From contig OZ316897.1 in assembly GCA_973895155.1 (NCBI GenBank), forward strand, positions 2,681,416-2,745,415: a stretch of 64,000 nt of DNA, written 5' to 3'. The notes beneath the pieces are model-generated. The model did not search any database. It was not told the DNA's origin and was given only the letters and a program-made list of their open reading frames with translations. Shown in pieces: positions 22,599 to 35,676 of the stretch (within the stretch, counting starts at the first letter, position 1; each line of letters starts with the position of its first letter). Origin of the DNA: Marsupella aquatica. Its lineage: Eukaryota; Plantae; Marchantiophyta. Made by a program: the position numbers and the translations under genes.

Positions 22599-25500
22599 CG
22601 GCCGGAGATCAGAGATTGAAGGTGAATCCTATCCCCTCTTCGCTCTCCCTCCACCTCTCCCTCCTTCAATCCATCACTTTGTTGATGATGGGCCCCTGCC
22701 AGGTGCTCATTCTGGTCACTATGTTTTGCCCGCCTCTTAGTTATGATGTTTTGCTCTTCAAATGTATCTTCTTACCTTCGGCTGATAGGATATTTCCTCT
22801 TTCAAGGCTCGAAAAATCGAATTTCGAACATGGGAGAACATGAAGAGACTGTTGCAGTCCTTAACAGCCAACATTTCATGAAATTCGCGATACGTTCTCT
22901 CTTAGTGGAGTCTTTCCACGATTATGTGGCATTAGGTCATCACCATCAGGTGTGGGCGCGCACCAGTTTGAACAGATATTCTTGCGAAACCCAGGTTTTC
23001 ATGTCGAACAAAGAGAGTGATCTCGTCTATGTTCTCCACTCTTAAACCCTGTCCTGCCCAATACCTGGTGACGAGGGATCTATGTCTTTCTGGCGCTGGC
23101 GTGTTGGTTCTAAGAACAGGATGGTTTTTTGACACGTGACTGGCAGATCTTGCAAATAGGTATGCAAGGTAAATTGCCGAGGGTTACAGACACCCAGGTA
23201 GCAGATAGCTCGCCGAGTAGCCAGTCTTGAGAGAGGTTAGATCCAATGTTGGTCGAAGAGCAGAATATGGGTAACAAGTCTTTGAAATAACAGAGTGCAC
23301 CTATAACTAACAGAGCAGACCGCAAAGATTGAATTTGAGTATGTCCGAATGCAGACTTGATAAGAGGGATATGACCAAAGACGGATATGACCAAACAAAG
23401 CCTGAGCAGAAAAAGCTGTGAGAAGCAAAACTGTGAATTGACTGCCACAGGCTTTTGTGTGGACCACTTCACCGATGCTTTTGGTCTCCAATATTATGAA
23501 AAGCACCTGCAGTAAGGCTGCCGAATTTCTGACAGTTGCCTCGTTAGGTAGTAAGGAGACGTCATGTTCCTACCATGAATCAATTCCAGGATTGGATGGA
23601 GTGGACTCAAAAACCACCTGCACATGGGGAAGGGAACCATTTGAAATTGTATCTGAATGGAAATCTAATTGGAAGTATATTGGCATATAAACAGTTGGTT
23701 GATAATTCGTGGTATTACTTGTTAAGGACCCCTCAATTTTGTTTTTCCAGCTCCTGTGGCTTATTTCTGATGAATCTGTCGTCATGGATGTGCATGTGGC
23801 AGGTTTGTGACAGAAAAGCTCGGTCTTGATGCTGGTAGCAGGGAGTTGAGCACCTCCCTATGTATGAGCCCAAACAGGCGGAAATTCAGATTTTTTTTAG
23901 CCTTTGAGAATGCGAGAGACTCGGTGGAAGTAGTCCCCAGATTTTGCTTATAAATTGTACTTAAAAGTGCTCCTCGGGCTAAGGATATGTACAGCAGTTT
24001 TCCAGAGCTTTTGTCATCTAAAACCAACCACAGGAAGGCGTCTATTGGACAGGTAGATTCCTGGTCGTTTGAATGTTTCTTACAACGCTGTTGTACGGGA
24101 CATTTTGGGGGGAAAGGACTTATCAGTGACGGGAATGCTACCCACGGACGTGGAAATGTTCAACACCTTCACTGTCCATTCAAAAGTTGGCTTCATTTTA
24201 GAAACTGTTTTATCACAAGGAGCCAGCCATAACCATAATGAGTTTCTTGGAAGCTATTGAATGTGGGCTGCGCTACTCAATCTCTACTCGGGCCAAGCTG
24301 CAATTAAGCTTTCTCACAACCGTATGTGAATATGTGACGTGAAATGTGAACTTGAAACTAAATGATGTTTGAGTCTCAATTAGTTTGGATGTCCCTAGAT
24401 TTCGATGAGTAAGTTTCGTTGAATCGACAAAGGACTCGAACCAGTAGGAATAAGTCCTCAATTCTTTCTTGGAAGGCTAGTCTACCTAATTTTAGACAGG
24501 ATCTAGAGCAATCTAAACTTTTTGCCGGGATCCCCAGACAAGGGGTTCAACTGATTACGTAACTTTGTGTGATTCACTGGTCAATTAGCTACGAAAGACA
24601 ACGGTCTCCATTTGGAATTTACTTCATCGACTGATCAGAGTTGTCCAAAGACAAGCTTTGGCATAAACGGAATCTTCGTTCAAAGAAACAAAACCTCTGT
24701 TGGGAATCCTGCCTTCCACCAATTTTAAACATAATGCTTGCTGCAGTCTGTCTGACAAGGGAGTGATAACTGTTGGAAACATCCATTGGCTAGTCTGATT
24801 GACAAGTAGGTGAAAGTGTTGTCCAAAGAAACCTGAATTGGCATGAACGGAATCTTCGTTCAGAGAAACGAAACCCACCCATAGAAAGAGAGTTGAATAA
24901 TTGATATAGGCCACTGCAAGAGTGAGAAAAATAATTACGGCTTTAGTACAAAACAATCTCGTTAATATGATCTTCCACCTTGACTACTCTGTGGTCCATT
25001 CTCCTTTCAAAGCAGCAAACCTCAGCGTGAAAAATAGCAAAGCCACCACGTTTGTGTATCTCCTTTCCTTGAAGTCAATAAACCTTCCCGCTGCAGCTAA
25101 GCTCAAATATCTGCCACCTGATTTTAACGACAAGGCAACATTTCTCTTTGACATATTTGAGTTTCAAGTTGAGTAGATATTTTGCGGAGGTAAACTATTG
25201 CACAACATTTGTTGACAGGCGGTACCCGATTAGCGCTCAAGCCTTGTGCGAGTATGTCGCTTTTCGTGAAATCAGAGAGCTAGATTCCCAACTAAGGAAG
25301 CCCATGGAAGGTCGGAAATAAGTCCACTCCAGTATACGACAACATTGTAATGTACCTCTCCACTGGGATGAGTAGCCTCAGGTCTTTCAGTCGTTTCATG
25401 CAGTCACCCCAGGTCTCGACCTTGAATTTCTACCGTAGCAAACCGAAATTCTTCCTTTGAGATTGATCGAAAAGGTAACTCTGTTTGAAGCAGCTTCGCT

Positions 25501-26425
25501 CCCAACCTTTCATAGGCTAATTTAAAAGCATCGATGAGCACGAAGGTTCAGATATTGGCATGCTCATTGCCGTGATGATCTTCCCTCACTAACAAACGAT
25601 CTCTTAAATGTCGAGTACATGTATTGTCCTAGGTTGTCCCAATGCACAGTATGACCATCGAATCCACACCTTTCTGTCTTAGAGAACGAACAAAACATCA
25701 GCTCCCGAAACAGTACTTTCACATTTTCTGATAACATGTGGCGACTCACAGCTAGATTGGCAAGCCGCAGTTGCAGTACTACTACTGTAGAGGAATAGAC
25801 AAGTTCAACTGCTAATCCCGGCCTTAAGCTGATATCAAAAAGAGACAACATGGTCTTAAAGCCCAAGAGAGGGCTCCGGAAAGAATTGTGAGAACATACA
25901 TTTGTAAGTCAACAGACAAGAGTAACGAAACCAGAAGTTTCGCAAACTGTGAACTTTCCAACTTCTTCGTGCCAGTGAACTGCCCAAATTCTTTGAGTCC
26001 TTTTATACCAAACTCGCTTCCATGGACAGATCTCTACCAATCCGCAGCTTCCATTAAGAATGACGGAGTAGCATTCTGGACCAATTTGGTGATTTTAACA
26101 TTTACATCGAGGGCTAAAATTTTAAGTCACCACCGACTACTGAAGCGTAGGAATAATATAGAGCCTGAATAGGTATAATATCCAAAAGTTAATTAATTAC
26201 AGGACGTTCGACACACGTTCGACACTCAACCCAACTATCAGCGTAATAGGTATCCTCCTCGTCCAATTTTCCTCCATACCTTTCGGAAAGGTAAAAAGAG
26301 TTCAAATTCAAAACGAACCTTGTCGTTCCTCACGCGTAAGTGGTCACTAAGAGGGAATACAAAGGCGATGTCCAGCTCATACAAAATACACAACTAAATT
26401 TGGGGACGTAGTACGGGTACAGTTG

Positions 26426-27508
26426 TCATATCTCGCCATAGGCCCTTTTAGATATTAGTGAATATTCACCGCCCATAAGCTCAAGCACTTGTCTCCAAAG
26501 TGGTCTTTTCAACCTGATGCACTGGTCGGTCACAATGTCTCTAGAACCCGATGCAAGATACCATACACCATGGGCTACTTCCCGCTCCAGTTGGCCCGGA
26601 CGCCAGCCACAAAACCCGAGAAACCATCGATAGTCATTAGGCACAGTCTCACAACCTTTCACACTCTTATTGACTGCATCAGGTCCCCCAAGATAAACTC
26701 CGGATATCACTTCTTTCGAGTCCTGCAACCCAGGGACACCATGGATGACTTGAATTAAGTTTGTGCCGACGTCACCGCCCATGTACAGCGGCGATTCTGT
26801 GAATTCAGGCTTGAACTTTTCGAATCCTGGGACCTGCCCCAATGCGTAACTGGTAGGTCTGTTGAGAATAAATCCTGCACTCCCATCCTCGTCATGCTCG
26901 AAGAGAAAGATTACTGCTTGGTTGAAGTACGTCTGCCGGCTGCCAAACGCGGTGGGGTGAGCAATGAGAAGGCATCCCTTCTCCGGTTCCACCAACGCAT
27001 GTGCCCAGCGTCGTGGGTCTTCGTCCTTCTTGGGATCTACAGAATTGTTAGCACCTTTCACCAGCCTTGCCCTAAACCACCTCCAATCCGTGGTTTGCAG
27101 CCTGAAACTGGCCTCGAAGTCCAGATCCTCATCGTCCTTGCCACCCCCATTGGTGCCACTGGGGCCCGGCTCACTACTCCCTGGCTCGTTGCTGTCCGGT
27201 TCTCTGCTTCCCGCAGAGATCTGCTGCACTCTGATCCCTCTTCTTCCTAATCCTCTGCTACTCCTTCCTCGTCTAAGCTCTGCTACGTTTACTCCACCCA
27301 CCCTTTCGAGGCGGGAGTTGGAGTTGCTGGGACAACCCAACTTTCCTCCTCCTGCTGCTGCTCTGAGGTCGTCCGATGTAAAACCCCTTCTGCGTAATTG
27401 GGACCGAAACGATGACGCACAGCAGGAAGTGGAAGATGGAGAAGGACACGGGGCAGGTGAAGACGCCAAAGCTGCTGCTGGAATTGATCCCAGCGTAATG
27501 GTCGCCAT
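26426..27508 (-). CDS. DUF179 (YqgE/AlgH-family) protein with a probable plastid transit peptide, intronless
   Basis: 360-aa ORF with a Ser/Ala/Arg-rich N-terminus; DWRWFRARLV, EKGCLLIA, GFILNRP, LYMGGDV and FLGFCGWRPGQLEREV motifs. Confidence 0.92.
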   Translation of the reverse strand: MATITLGSIPAAALASSPAPCPSPSSTSCCASSFRSQLRRRGFTSDDLRAAAGGGKLGCPSNSNSRLERVGGVNVAELRRGRSSRGLGRRGIRVQQISAGSREPDSNEPGSSEPGPSGTNGGGKDDEDLDFEASFRLQTTDWRWFRARLVKGANNSVDPKKDEDPRRWAHALVEPEKGCLLIAHPTAFGSRQTYFNQAVIFLFEHDEDGSAGFILNRPTSYALGQVPGFEKFKPEFTESPLYMGGDVGTNLIQVIHGVPGLQDSKEVISGVYLGGPDAVNKSVKGCETVPNDYRWFLGFCGWRPGQLEREVAHGVWYLASGSRDIVTDQCIRLKRPLWRQVLELMGGEYSLISKRAYGEI

Positions 27509-28043
27509 TGTTGGACCGGATTCTCAGCCACAATCCCTGTATGCTTCAACAGAAATCCACTAACGATTCCTAACCAGCGGCGGACACGGAAACCACAGCA
27601 ACGGGAGGAGGAGACAGGGACGCCATAGCTCACTCAGGCCTCGGAGACGGGAGCAAAATGCGTGCGCCAACTTGCGCAATAATTGACAAGTTGGCAAATT
27701 GGCATGCCGGACGGAGACGATTGGGATGAAAGACCAAATGGGTGAGCTCAGTCTTGCTTTCGTCGCAACTGGGTGACGGTCTCGATTCCTTCACAAAAGG
27801 AATGAACGAGAGACTGACAGCTCCGTCCCTCTCGATTCCTTCACCACACGGACGAACGAGAGTTCTTCGTCAGTCGCTCAAGAGTACAGTACTGGAGTTC
27901 TCAGCTTCCACTCATTTACTCTTCCAATCTTCCTCGATGATTCCTTTTTTTTCATTTTTACTTCTTTGTGTTTTATTAGTGAGCACTTCTGTCCCTTGAA
28001 AACCGAAAGCTCCAATAGGCCCATCCAACATATGATAGACGTC

Positions 28044-28478
28044 TGGCTTTGGAGCATACAATTTTATGCAATTTTATGCTGGGTAGCCACAAGGGGGACA
28101 ATACCCAGGGGTTACTCTTTGGAGCATACAATTTTATGCTGGTTGGCCGCAAGGGGACAATATCCAGGGGTTAGACAGGACCTAGACCAAGCATACAATT
28201 TTATGTAGGGACCTCATGCTTTGGAGCATACAATTTTATCTTGGGTGACAAGGGGGAATTGACCCGGGGATCAGGACCCAGACCAGGAGGGAGAGAGTAT
28301 TAAACCAGGCTCCCAAAGCGGGCTAGCCAGGGGTTGAGAAGATAAGCAATACTCCCACCACACCCCACCCACCACACACACACACACATGTACCCTCCAC
28401 ACCCTTTGCATGTGGACGGAGGATTGAATCTGGGACCTCTCGGTTCTAGGCTCATCCTCTGGCCATTGACCAAAGTTT
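28044..28478 (-). mobile_element. Possible tRNA-derived SINE remnant with internal repeats
   Basis: On the minus strand, A-box-like TGGTCAATGG and B-box-like AGATTCAATCC at about 28475-28420, then a (TG)n tract. GCATACAATTTTAT occurs four times between 28044 and 28240. Confidence 0.4.
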
Positions 28479-31400
28479 TAATGAGCAGTTGTTTGTGTTA
28501 GGGAGCACGAGCCCTTATTATTTAGATAGGGATGAAAAAATCATCTTGTATGATCATTATTTTGACATATATAATATCTCTGTTTTGTTTCATCCACATA
28601 AATTTTGGTGGGCCCTAGAGTCAGTGTCTAGAGGTTTCACTCTAGAAGCCTAACCCCAATTCTAGTTTTTCTTAGAGATTAGTTATATAGAATTTGGCTC
28701 CTGGTTTCAGTGTGCTTTAAATTCTTTCTTAATGCCATTCTTAATGCTCTGACTCCGTGATTTTTCTCTTTGTAATTTTCAGGTAAATGTACATCAAAAT
28801 GCACAGACAGTACAGTTTTGGATGGGCTCAGTATGTAAAGTTTCATCTATTTTTACTTAAGATGATAGAAATAAGAAATCTACTTTATTGTCATTACAGT
28901 ATTGTTAGCATAGCAATAATGGCCCCGCAAAAATCAAGCAAACGCCTTGTTGGCTCACAATACACTGGAAAGAGTACTTCACTATTTATGAAGCTTTTCT
29001 CTTTGTACCTTTCTGTACTTTCTGAAGAAACTTAGTCCAATGCCCATGTCTTGCACACTACTGAGATTGAGGGATGTTGATGAAAATGTTGTCAAACATA
29101 AGTGAAATGGCCAGGCAGTTAATGAACTGCAAAGAGAATGAATGATGGGTTTGGTGTGAAAAAGGTGCACAGTGACACCTTTAGGGGTGTCTTGCACATA
29201 TGCAACCTTTCAATTTGTGCCTAAACTGGTCTAGCAGCTCACTAATACTGGAGAATTTGATGCCTGACCCTGCTCATGAGGCAGGCTCCACAGCTTAACA
29301 AATGAAATGTCAAGGCAAAGTAGCACTGGAGTAGGGGTGCCTTCTCATTGCTCACCCCACCCCCTTAAAAAAACACAGAAATCAAAAGTGTGCCCTACAG
29401 ATACAATGCAAACTGTACACACATAAATGACCAAACATTTAGGGCCATGTGCATGCAAGACAACTCTTAGGTCCATCTCATGGCTAGGAGAATAGGTCAC
29501 CATAAAGAAACAGCTACCGTCTTTCCCTAAACACGCCGCCTGGTTGTTGTGTTCAAAAATGGATTTTTCCAGGTCTCCATAAGAAAAAGTATTTTTCTTC
29601 AAACACAACGTCATTTTAACACAACGCCCGGATGTTGTGTTCGAGTTGGACACTGTGTTTGAGATTGGACCCTAAAGTGTTCTACATTGAGCACAAACAG
29701 TAAAACATTCAAGAATCATATGATAGTGCAAATATTCAAACACAAAGTCAATATTTGAACACAAAGCCATTTTCAAACACAACACCTGCAAATCCAAAAA
29801 ATGAAAACCATAGTGAAAACTCAAATACAATGCCCCGGGCGCACTATTCAAACAGAGCAACCCATGGCCCACTATTTGAATCAAGGCCATGGCATTGTGT
29901 TCACGGAGGATGGTAATGTTGAGCATAGACAACATTCGCAATTGCAAGCCCATGAACCATCCAACAGCAAGCTCATGAACCATCCAACGCACAAGAGTCG
30001 ACACAGAGAGATACATGGTTCACCTCCACATGAGGCTACGTCCACAGGAACACACAAGAGCTTTATTGCACTCTAGGCCGAATGGCCATACCGAGCATTC
30101 ACAGCACAAGCTCTCCCTATCTCTCAACTAGCTCCGTAACAATGAGCCTAAGTTTCACCAGGGTCTAGCATTAAGCCTGGCTTAATACACAACAGCACTA
30201 CCGCTAACATTAGCTAAGTCCTAACCTGAGTTAGCTTAACTATGGTTAGCTTATGAGTCACAAGACTAGAACAGTATCTAAGTAAACAGGTAAGGAGAAT
30301 GACATTTCTTAAATAACTCATGAGAAAAAAAGACCCTGATTGCAAATTATAGTGATTCCTAGTACATACATATTGTGCATATGAGACCATTTGGAGATTT
30401 CCTTCTATTTGTCTTGGTAGAGCAGTGAAATTGCAACTTGCATGAAATTTGGGTCTTCTAAAAGAGGAGAAAAATAAACCAAATTATTAGGGGTAGAACC
30501 TCTACCTGGGTAGCACTGGTAGTCTGGCATTTGCCAATCATTTTTCAGTAGAGCATGTAACAACAGGGAATTCAGATAGTTTGCACCAGTCATGGAGGTT
30601 GCGCCAGTCCATGGGGGTATCATGGACAACCTCTCCTCTCAGTCCATCCACGCATTACTCTCTGTCTACTTCCATTGGCCTTTTTGCAACAAAATCTTGA
30701 AAAGAAATCAAATTGAAATATAGAGGCCTACTCCTCTGCTTCTCAAAGTCATTCTACTGAGTACTTAGCAATAGCTTTCCTGGGGAGATTCACTACTCTA
30801 ATTCACATATTCCATAAGCTCAGTTTGGCACAAAACCAAATATTTTAAGACAGAGCCTTTGCTTCCAAATATGTCAGCCCATTTGAAACGTGCACTCTAC
30901 CAGAGATTTAAACTACAAAACATTGATAGGTATTTTCTGCCCAATTTGTCGCCTAGTTTCTAAGCAGAACTGAATCCAGGAACTAGGGTCAATTCTCAGG
31001 ATTGAGGAGCCAAAAACTACGTCCAGATCGTTACAATGCAAAGCGTCCCAGACTGAAGGCTTTCCCAAATCCCACAGACCTGCCAAGTTTTACACCGGAA
31101 GAAAATGGATTGGAGTTTTGAGGCGGAGCACTGTAACTAGAACTTCGTTGCCATTGCCAAACGGGGATAGATCCAAAACATCCACTACAAGGAATGAGAC
31201 ATATTTTCGCAATCTCGTCATTATATCAAAGTTTTGACATACACGAGACAGTTGATACATTAGTTGGGGACAGAAATTACCGCTCCCCTCCTCGTAGTAG
31301 TATCTTGATATACAAAAACTGCGGCACAGTTGATTTTAGGACACTATGTACCTTTAGTAAAGGGCATTCTACACAAAAATTCGTGAGGGTGATTTTATAT

Positions 31401-32179
31401 CTTGAAGACATTGTACACCGTTTGACAGGACAACGTACATGATACAAATTAACACTTTTTTCCCCATATGTTATTGGAAAGCCTTAATATTTGTTTTAAA
31501 CTATCTATATCATTGGATTATGACATTTCTTCTTTTTCGTTTTTTCTCGGAATACAGGGGAAGGTGCCCTAAGAAGTCCTGTAAATTGCGTTCTCCACAT
31601 GAAAGAATTGGCACTCCAAGGTCTGAAAATGGAGATAACACCAGCACAATACAGTGTTTGAGCAACTTCTTGAAGATACGGACAACAACAATCCTGATCG
31701 AGTGTCTTTAATCGTTATGGAGGAAATGCTGCCAAGCCTTGATCATGCACCACAGACCCGCACGTTGGATATAGTTCTAGGGCAGTAGGGCTTAACAAAG
31801 CTTACAACAATGCACACTTCTTAGGCCGAAGTTCAGGAAAACTGCACAATCGTAAGGCACTGTGCATTGTTGTAAGTATCATATGCTCGCACCCCAATTA
31901 CACGCCAGCCTAATTGACGAGTTCCTGAACTTGAGCTGAAGAACTGCACAGTCTGTGTATTCAACAGTGATACCTTTAAATTGCGCTCAGCAACTTGGTC
32001 CCACATCAAAATAATATAAAACGAAAAATGCACAATAGAAACTTGACCGGGACCAAGTCATATGTCGTCCAAAACTTCTGTTAGTATTGTCTAGTCTGCA
32101 GCGTTCCCATGATCTTCCCTTTTCATGACTACTGTCGAGCTATCTTTCACTAGAATTGAGCATGACTGATTTTGCGTGA

Positions 32180-33695
32180 CTATTGAGTACTTTGTGAGCT
32201 GTTGAACTCTGCAACAATTTCCTCTCCAACATTCTCTGCGGGCTCCCAGGTCTCTTGACCATCTGACCACCTCACAAAATATTGTACCTTCCCGTCAGTC
32301 TCCCTCTTGTCAAGAACTTGCTCTACAATTCCATACTCTAGCCCATCCTCATAATCCTTGATTAGATCCTCACCAATGTCCGTTGCAGGAACCCAGCTAT
32401 TCTCAGAATCATCGCTCCACTTCACCAAATACTCAAGAACTTCACCTTCACCCATCCTTTTGTCGAGAACCTGCTCCACCTCCACAGTTTCATACATAAC
32501 TTCATCTAAGGCCTTCACGACTTGATCCAGTGCAAGTCTTCGAGCAAATTGTAACGGGTTGGCCTTCGGTGTCTTGTCCAGGAGCTCCTGAGCTAACGAT
32601 AAAGCAGATCTTCCCTTTCCATCTTCCAGATCAGGGTCAGCTCCAAGCTCCACCAGTGCTTTTACCGTGTTTACGTGCACGTACCCAGATGCGATATGCA
32701 GGGCTGTAAACCCATCCCTATCCTGCACACGAAGTTAAACCCATATTCTTAGGAACTCATGGTTCGTTGCAGGAAGTTGCAAATCAAGTTCTTTAATTTC
32801 AAACCCCAATTTAAAATAAGATGTGCACTACTTCAGATCCTCTACTGATGGAGTACAGAGTAAGGAACAGCCACACTCCTATCCCTTCAACTGAAACAGT
32901 AAGCTATGACCTCAATCCAATGTCACGTCAGAGGAGCACAGCTCAATAATTACTGATCTCCAATGGAACATCACAACGTTATGCACAAGACTTGCTCTAT
33001 ATACATTTTCCATAAATAGAGGAGGGACAGAGAGGGTTTCACATTACCTGCCAATGTACGTCGGCTCCATACTCAATAAGACGCCGAACACACTTTTCAG
33101 ATCCCAATCCTGCCGCGAAGAAAAGCCCCGTTCTCTCATTCTCATCTATAGCGTTGACGTCTCGTTGCAGCTCTTCATCGTCCAATAGCTCCGTCATCTT
33201 CTCGATGTCTGCTTTACGCGCAGCCTGCCACCATGGCTTCTCATATTCGGCCACAACGTCCCTGGCGATGTTGTCCGCCGGCTCCCAGCTGTCTGGATGA
33301 TCATCTTTCCATAAAATCAAGTACTGGGTCTTCCGATCCACTACTCTGCTGGCCAAGATTAAATCCACCTCCCCGAAGGCCTCCGCTGTTTCTTCCTCTT
33401 GCCCAGCTCCCCAGCTAGACTCAGCCTCTTCTTCCTCCAGTTGTACATCTACAAATGTATTTTTCTCAGCTTGGGCTGCACAAGATGCACTTTCAGCAGC
33501 AGTAGAGAAGGGAGACATGCGACCCACTGTTGTACTCGTAATGCTCCTCAGAGCCCTTGAATTTTGGCCCTGGACACGTCTGATTGCCAACGAAGAGGAA
33601 GCACACGAAGCAGGGTATCGAACAGTGGCACTGGGTGTCACCGATACATAGGTGAGAGGTAGACAGGACCCAGCAGCTAGAGCCCTGACCTCCAT
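32180..33695 (-). CDS. CAO: Chloroplast signal recognition particle 43 kDa subunit (cpSRP43/CAO), two exons 33695-33048 and 32722-32180
   Basis: Transit peptide, chromodomain ([20 protein letters not shown]), ankyrin repeats ([27 protein letters not shown]) and two C-terminal chromodomains; phase-0 GT-AG intron. Confidence 0.96.
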
Positions 33696-34371
33696 AGCTC
33701 CTAACTCCTGCAAGCGCCCGCAACTGAGCTATGTCAAAATTCAAGCATTCCCAAGCAAAGGGCTCTCCCTAACAAAAGTGTTGTCCGTCCGTCCGACCGC
33801 AGGGAGAAATCGCACGGTACAGGGGAAGAAATCGGCAGGGATTCTTAGTTTTTGTCAGTTGCTTGTTAGACCATGATAATCGGGAGTCCCGATTGCCGCA
33901 GAGAGTTTCAAGTGAACTACAGCAGCTACAATCGCAAAGATTTTACTTCGTCGAATTCAAAGGTCACTGAATGCTCGAAATCCCCGTGCACAGACCGAGT
34001 GTTCAAAAAGCTAAGATTTCCGTGCCGACTTTCGACAAAATGCATCAACCTAATGTCGTACCGAACGAAACCGAGACAGAATGTGATCAGATCGAGCTAA
34101 GATTTCTATGCGGGAGCTTCAGCAAATTCTTCGACATCGCTGCGAACGACTTGAACGAGACAGAGTATTACCTAGTAGAGCTCAGATACCTGCACGAGCT
34201 TCAACCTATCAACGCTTCGAACTACAGTACTTGCTTTGAATTGAACCGAGACAGAGCTCGGATTGCTGCCCGGAAAATGCTTCCCTCTACTGTAATTGCA
34301 AACGACAAGAGAAATCCAACAAGGCTCCAAAAGACAGGTAGAGAAAGCTCAGATTCTCACCCCTAGCTTAG

Positions 34372-34634
34372 CCTTATCCTGGTTCCGTCGACAATTCGGT
34401 CCTAGTTGACTTGTCTACGATGAGCCGTGCCTAAGTGCATGATGGATAACTGCAAATGTGGATAAACAAAGGGGCAGAACGATCTTCTCTAAAATTTCAG
34501 CTACAAATTGCCCTTATCTCAAGTTATCTCTCGTGCAAAGTGAATTCAGAAGACGGAAAATAACCTTCTATAACGATGCCAAAAGCACCAGTATTGGATA
34601 AGTGTTTATTTACAATGCATCCTAGTGGATAAGA
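34372..34634. promoter_or_regulatory. Cluster of GATA/I-box-like motifs upstream of cpSRP43
   Basis: Seven GATAA cores on either strand in about 260 bp (CCTTATCC, GGATAAC, GGATAAA, CCTTATCT, GTTATCT, GGATAAG twice). Confidence 0.45.
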
Positions 34635-34720
34635 GCACATGTCTGCCTAAAGTAGAGTAACACTTGCACTAATCAGTAAAAGTAGAGGCACTTGTGGATG
34701 ATTGTAACTAACATACAGTA

Positions 34721-35676
34721 CACTGTCCACCGCAATTAGTGCCGCAATTAGTGTGAGGTGCACAGTTAGTGTGACACCAATATTAGAGTGACTCACACGA
34801 ATTTATGTGAACTAGCCCCGACTACCCGTTCTTTGAACATGAATAGCGGGGAGGACAATAAAAATGTCACCAAAATATATTCCTTATTCACATATTTTGA
34901 AAGTTAATGAAAGAATAAAAAATTTATCATGCATATCATCATTTTAATAATCAGACATAACATATCATAGTACTCTTTTCTATGCACATTCCTAGTTTTT
35001 CTATCTTACATCCCACTTATGCACATATAATATGGTGGGGTCATAGAGATCAGTTTTCAATATAAATATAAATCATAACAAAAAGTAGTCATGGTTATCA
35101 TTTGACATGACATATATCATAGACAGTTTTCTCATCATTCCACATGATGAGCCATGGAATTACAGTGCAATATTCAAATGAGCACCTCAATTAGTGAAAT
35201 TAAATGTGTCACTTCATGTGACCTGTAATTAGAGTGACACCTGATGAGTCTCAGTTTAATGCCCTTGGTTGTGTGTTGTGATTCTCAGTGTCCAATATTC
35301 AAGTGAGCACCTCAATTAGTGAGACTAAATAGGGCATCTCAGAGCTTGGCCTTAACAAGATAAGGCCCTCCCATAACTCAAGTATTATGGGAACTCCCGT
35401 AAAAGTTGTGGGAGCTGATCTTCGGCTACTGTAAGGAAAGCCTGCTGGCTCAACACTTAACCCGTAACTTTTCTGCAACTTTAGGCGGAAATTCAAAAAT
35501 CCAGGATTTCTTTAAATGACCAAGCTTTCTCTAATGACCAAGCTTTGAGACCCCTAATGTGTCACTTCATGTGACCTGCAATTAGAGTGACATGTTTATG
35601 TGCGACTTAAAATTCCAAGGGCTACGCAACTAGTGTGACAAACACTAATTAGTCACACTAATTGTGGTGGACAGTG
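34721..35676. mobile_element. Non-autonomous TIR element (956 bp), CACTG termini, TA flanks
   Basis: Left end CACTGTCCACCGCAATTAGTG and right end CACTAATTGTGGTGGACAGTG are inverted repeats; TA on both sides; repeated subterminal TTAGTGTGA motifs. Confidence 0.8.
35331..35555. mobile_element. Nested 225-bp MITE (AGGG termini, 3-bp AAT duplication), possibly PIF/Harbinger-related
   Basis: Imperfect TIRs AGGGCATCTCAGAGCTTGG / CCAAGCTTTGAGACCCCT. It interrupts the second copy of a ~70-bp internal duplication whose uninterrupted copy is at about 35171-35240. Confidence 0.7.

Noticed and set aside
24660-24875. Repeated peptide GFVSLNEDSV in a 110-aa ORF
   Set aside because: Explained by a local ~36-bp DNA duplication 180 bp apart; no other coding evidence.
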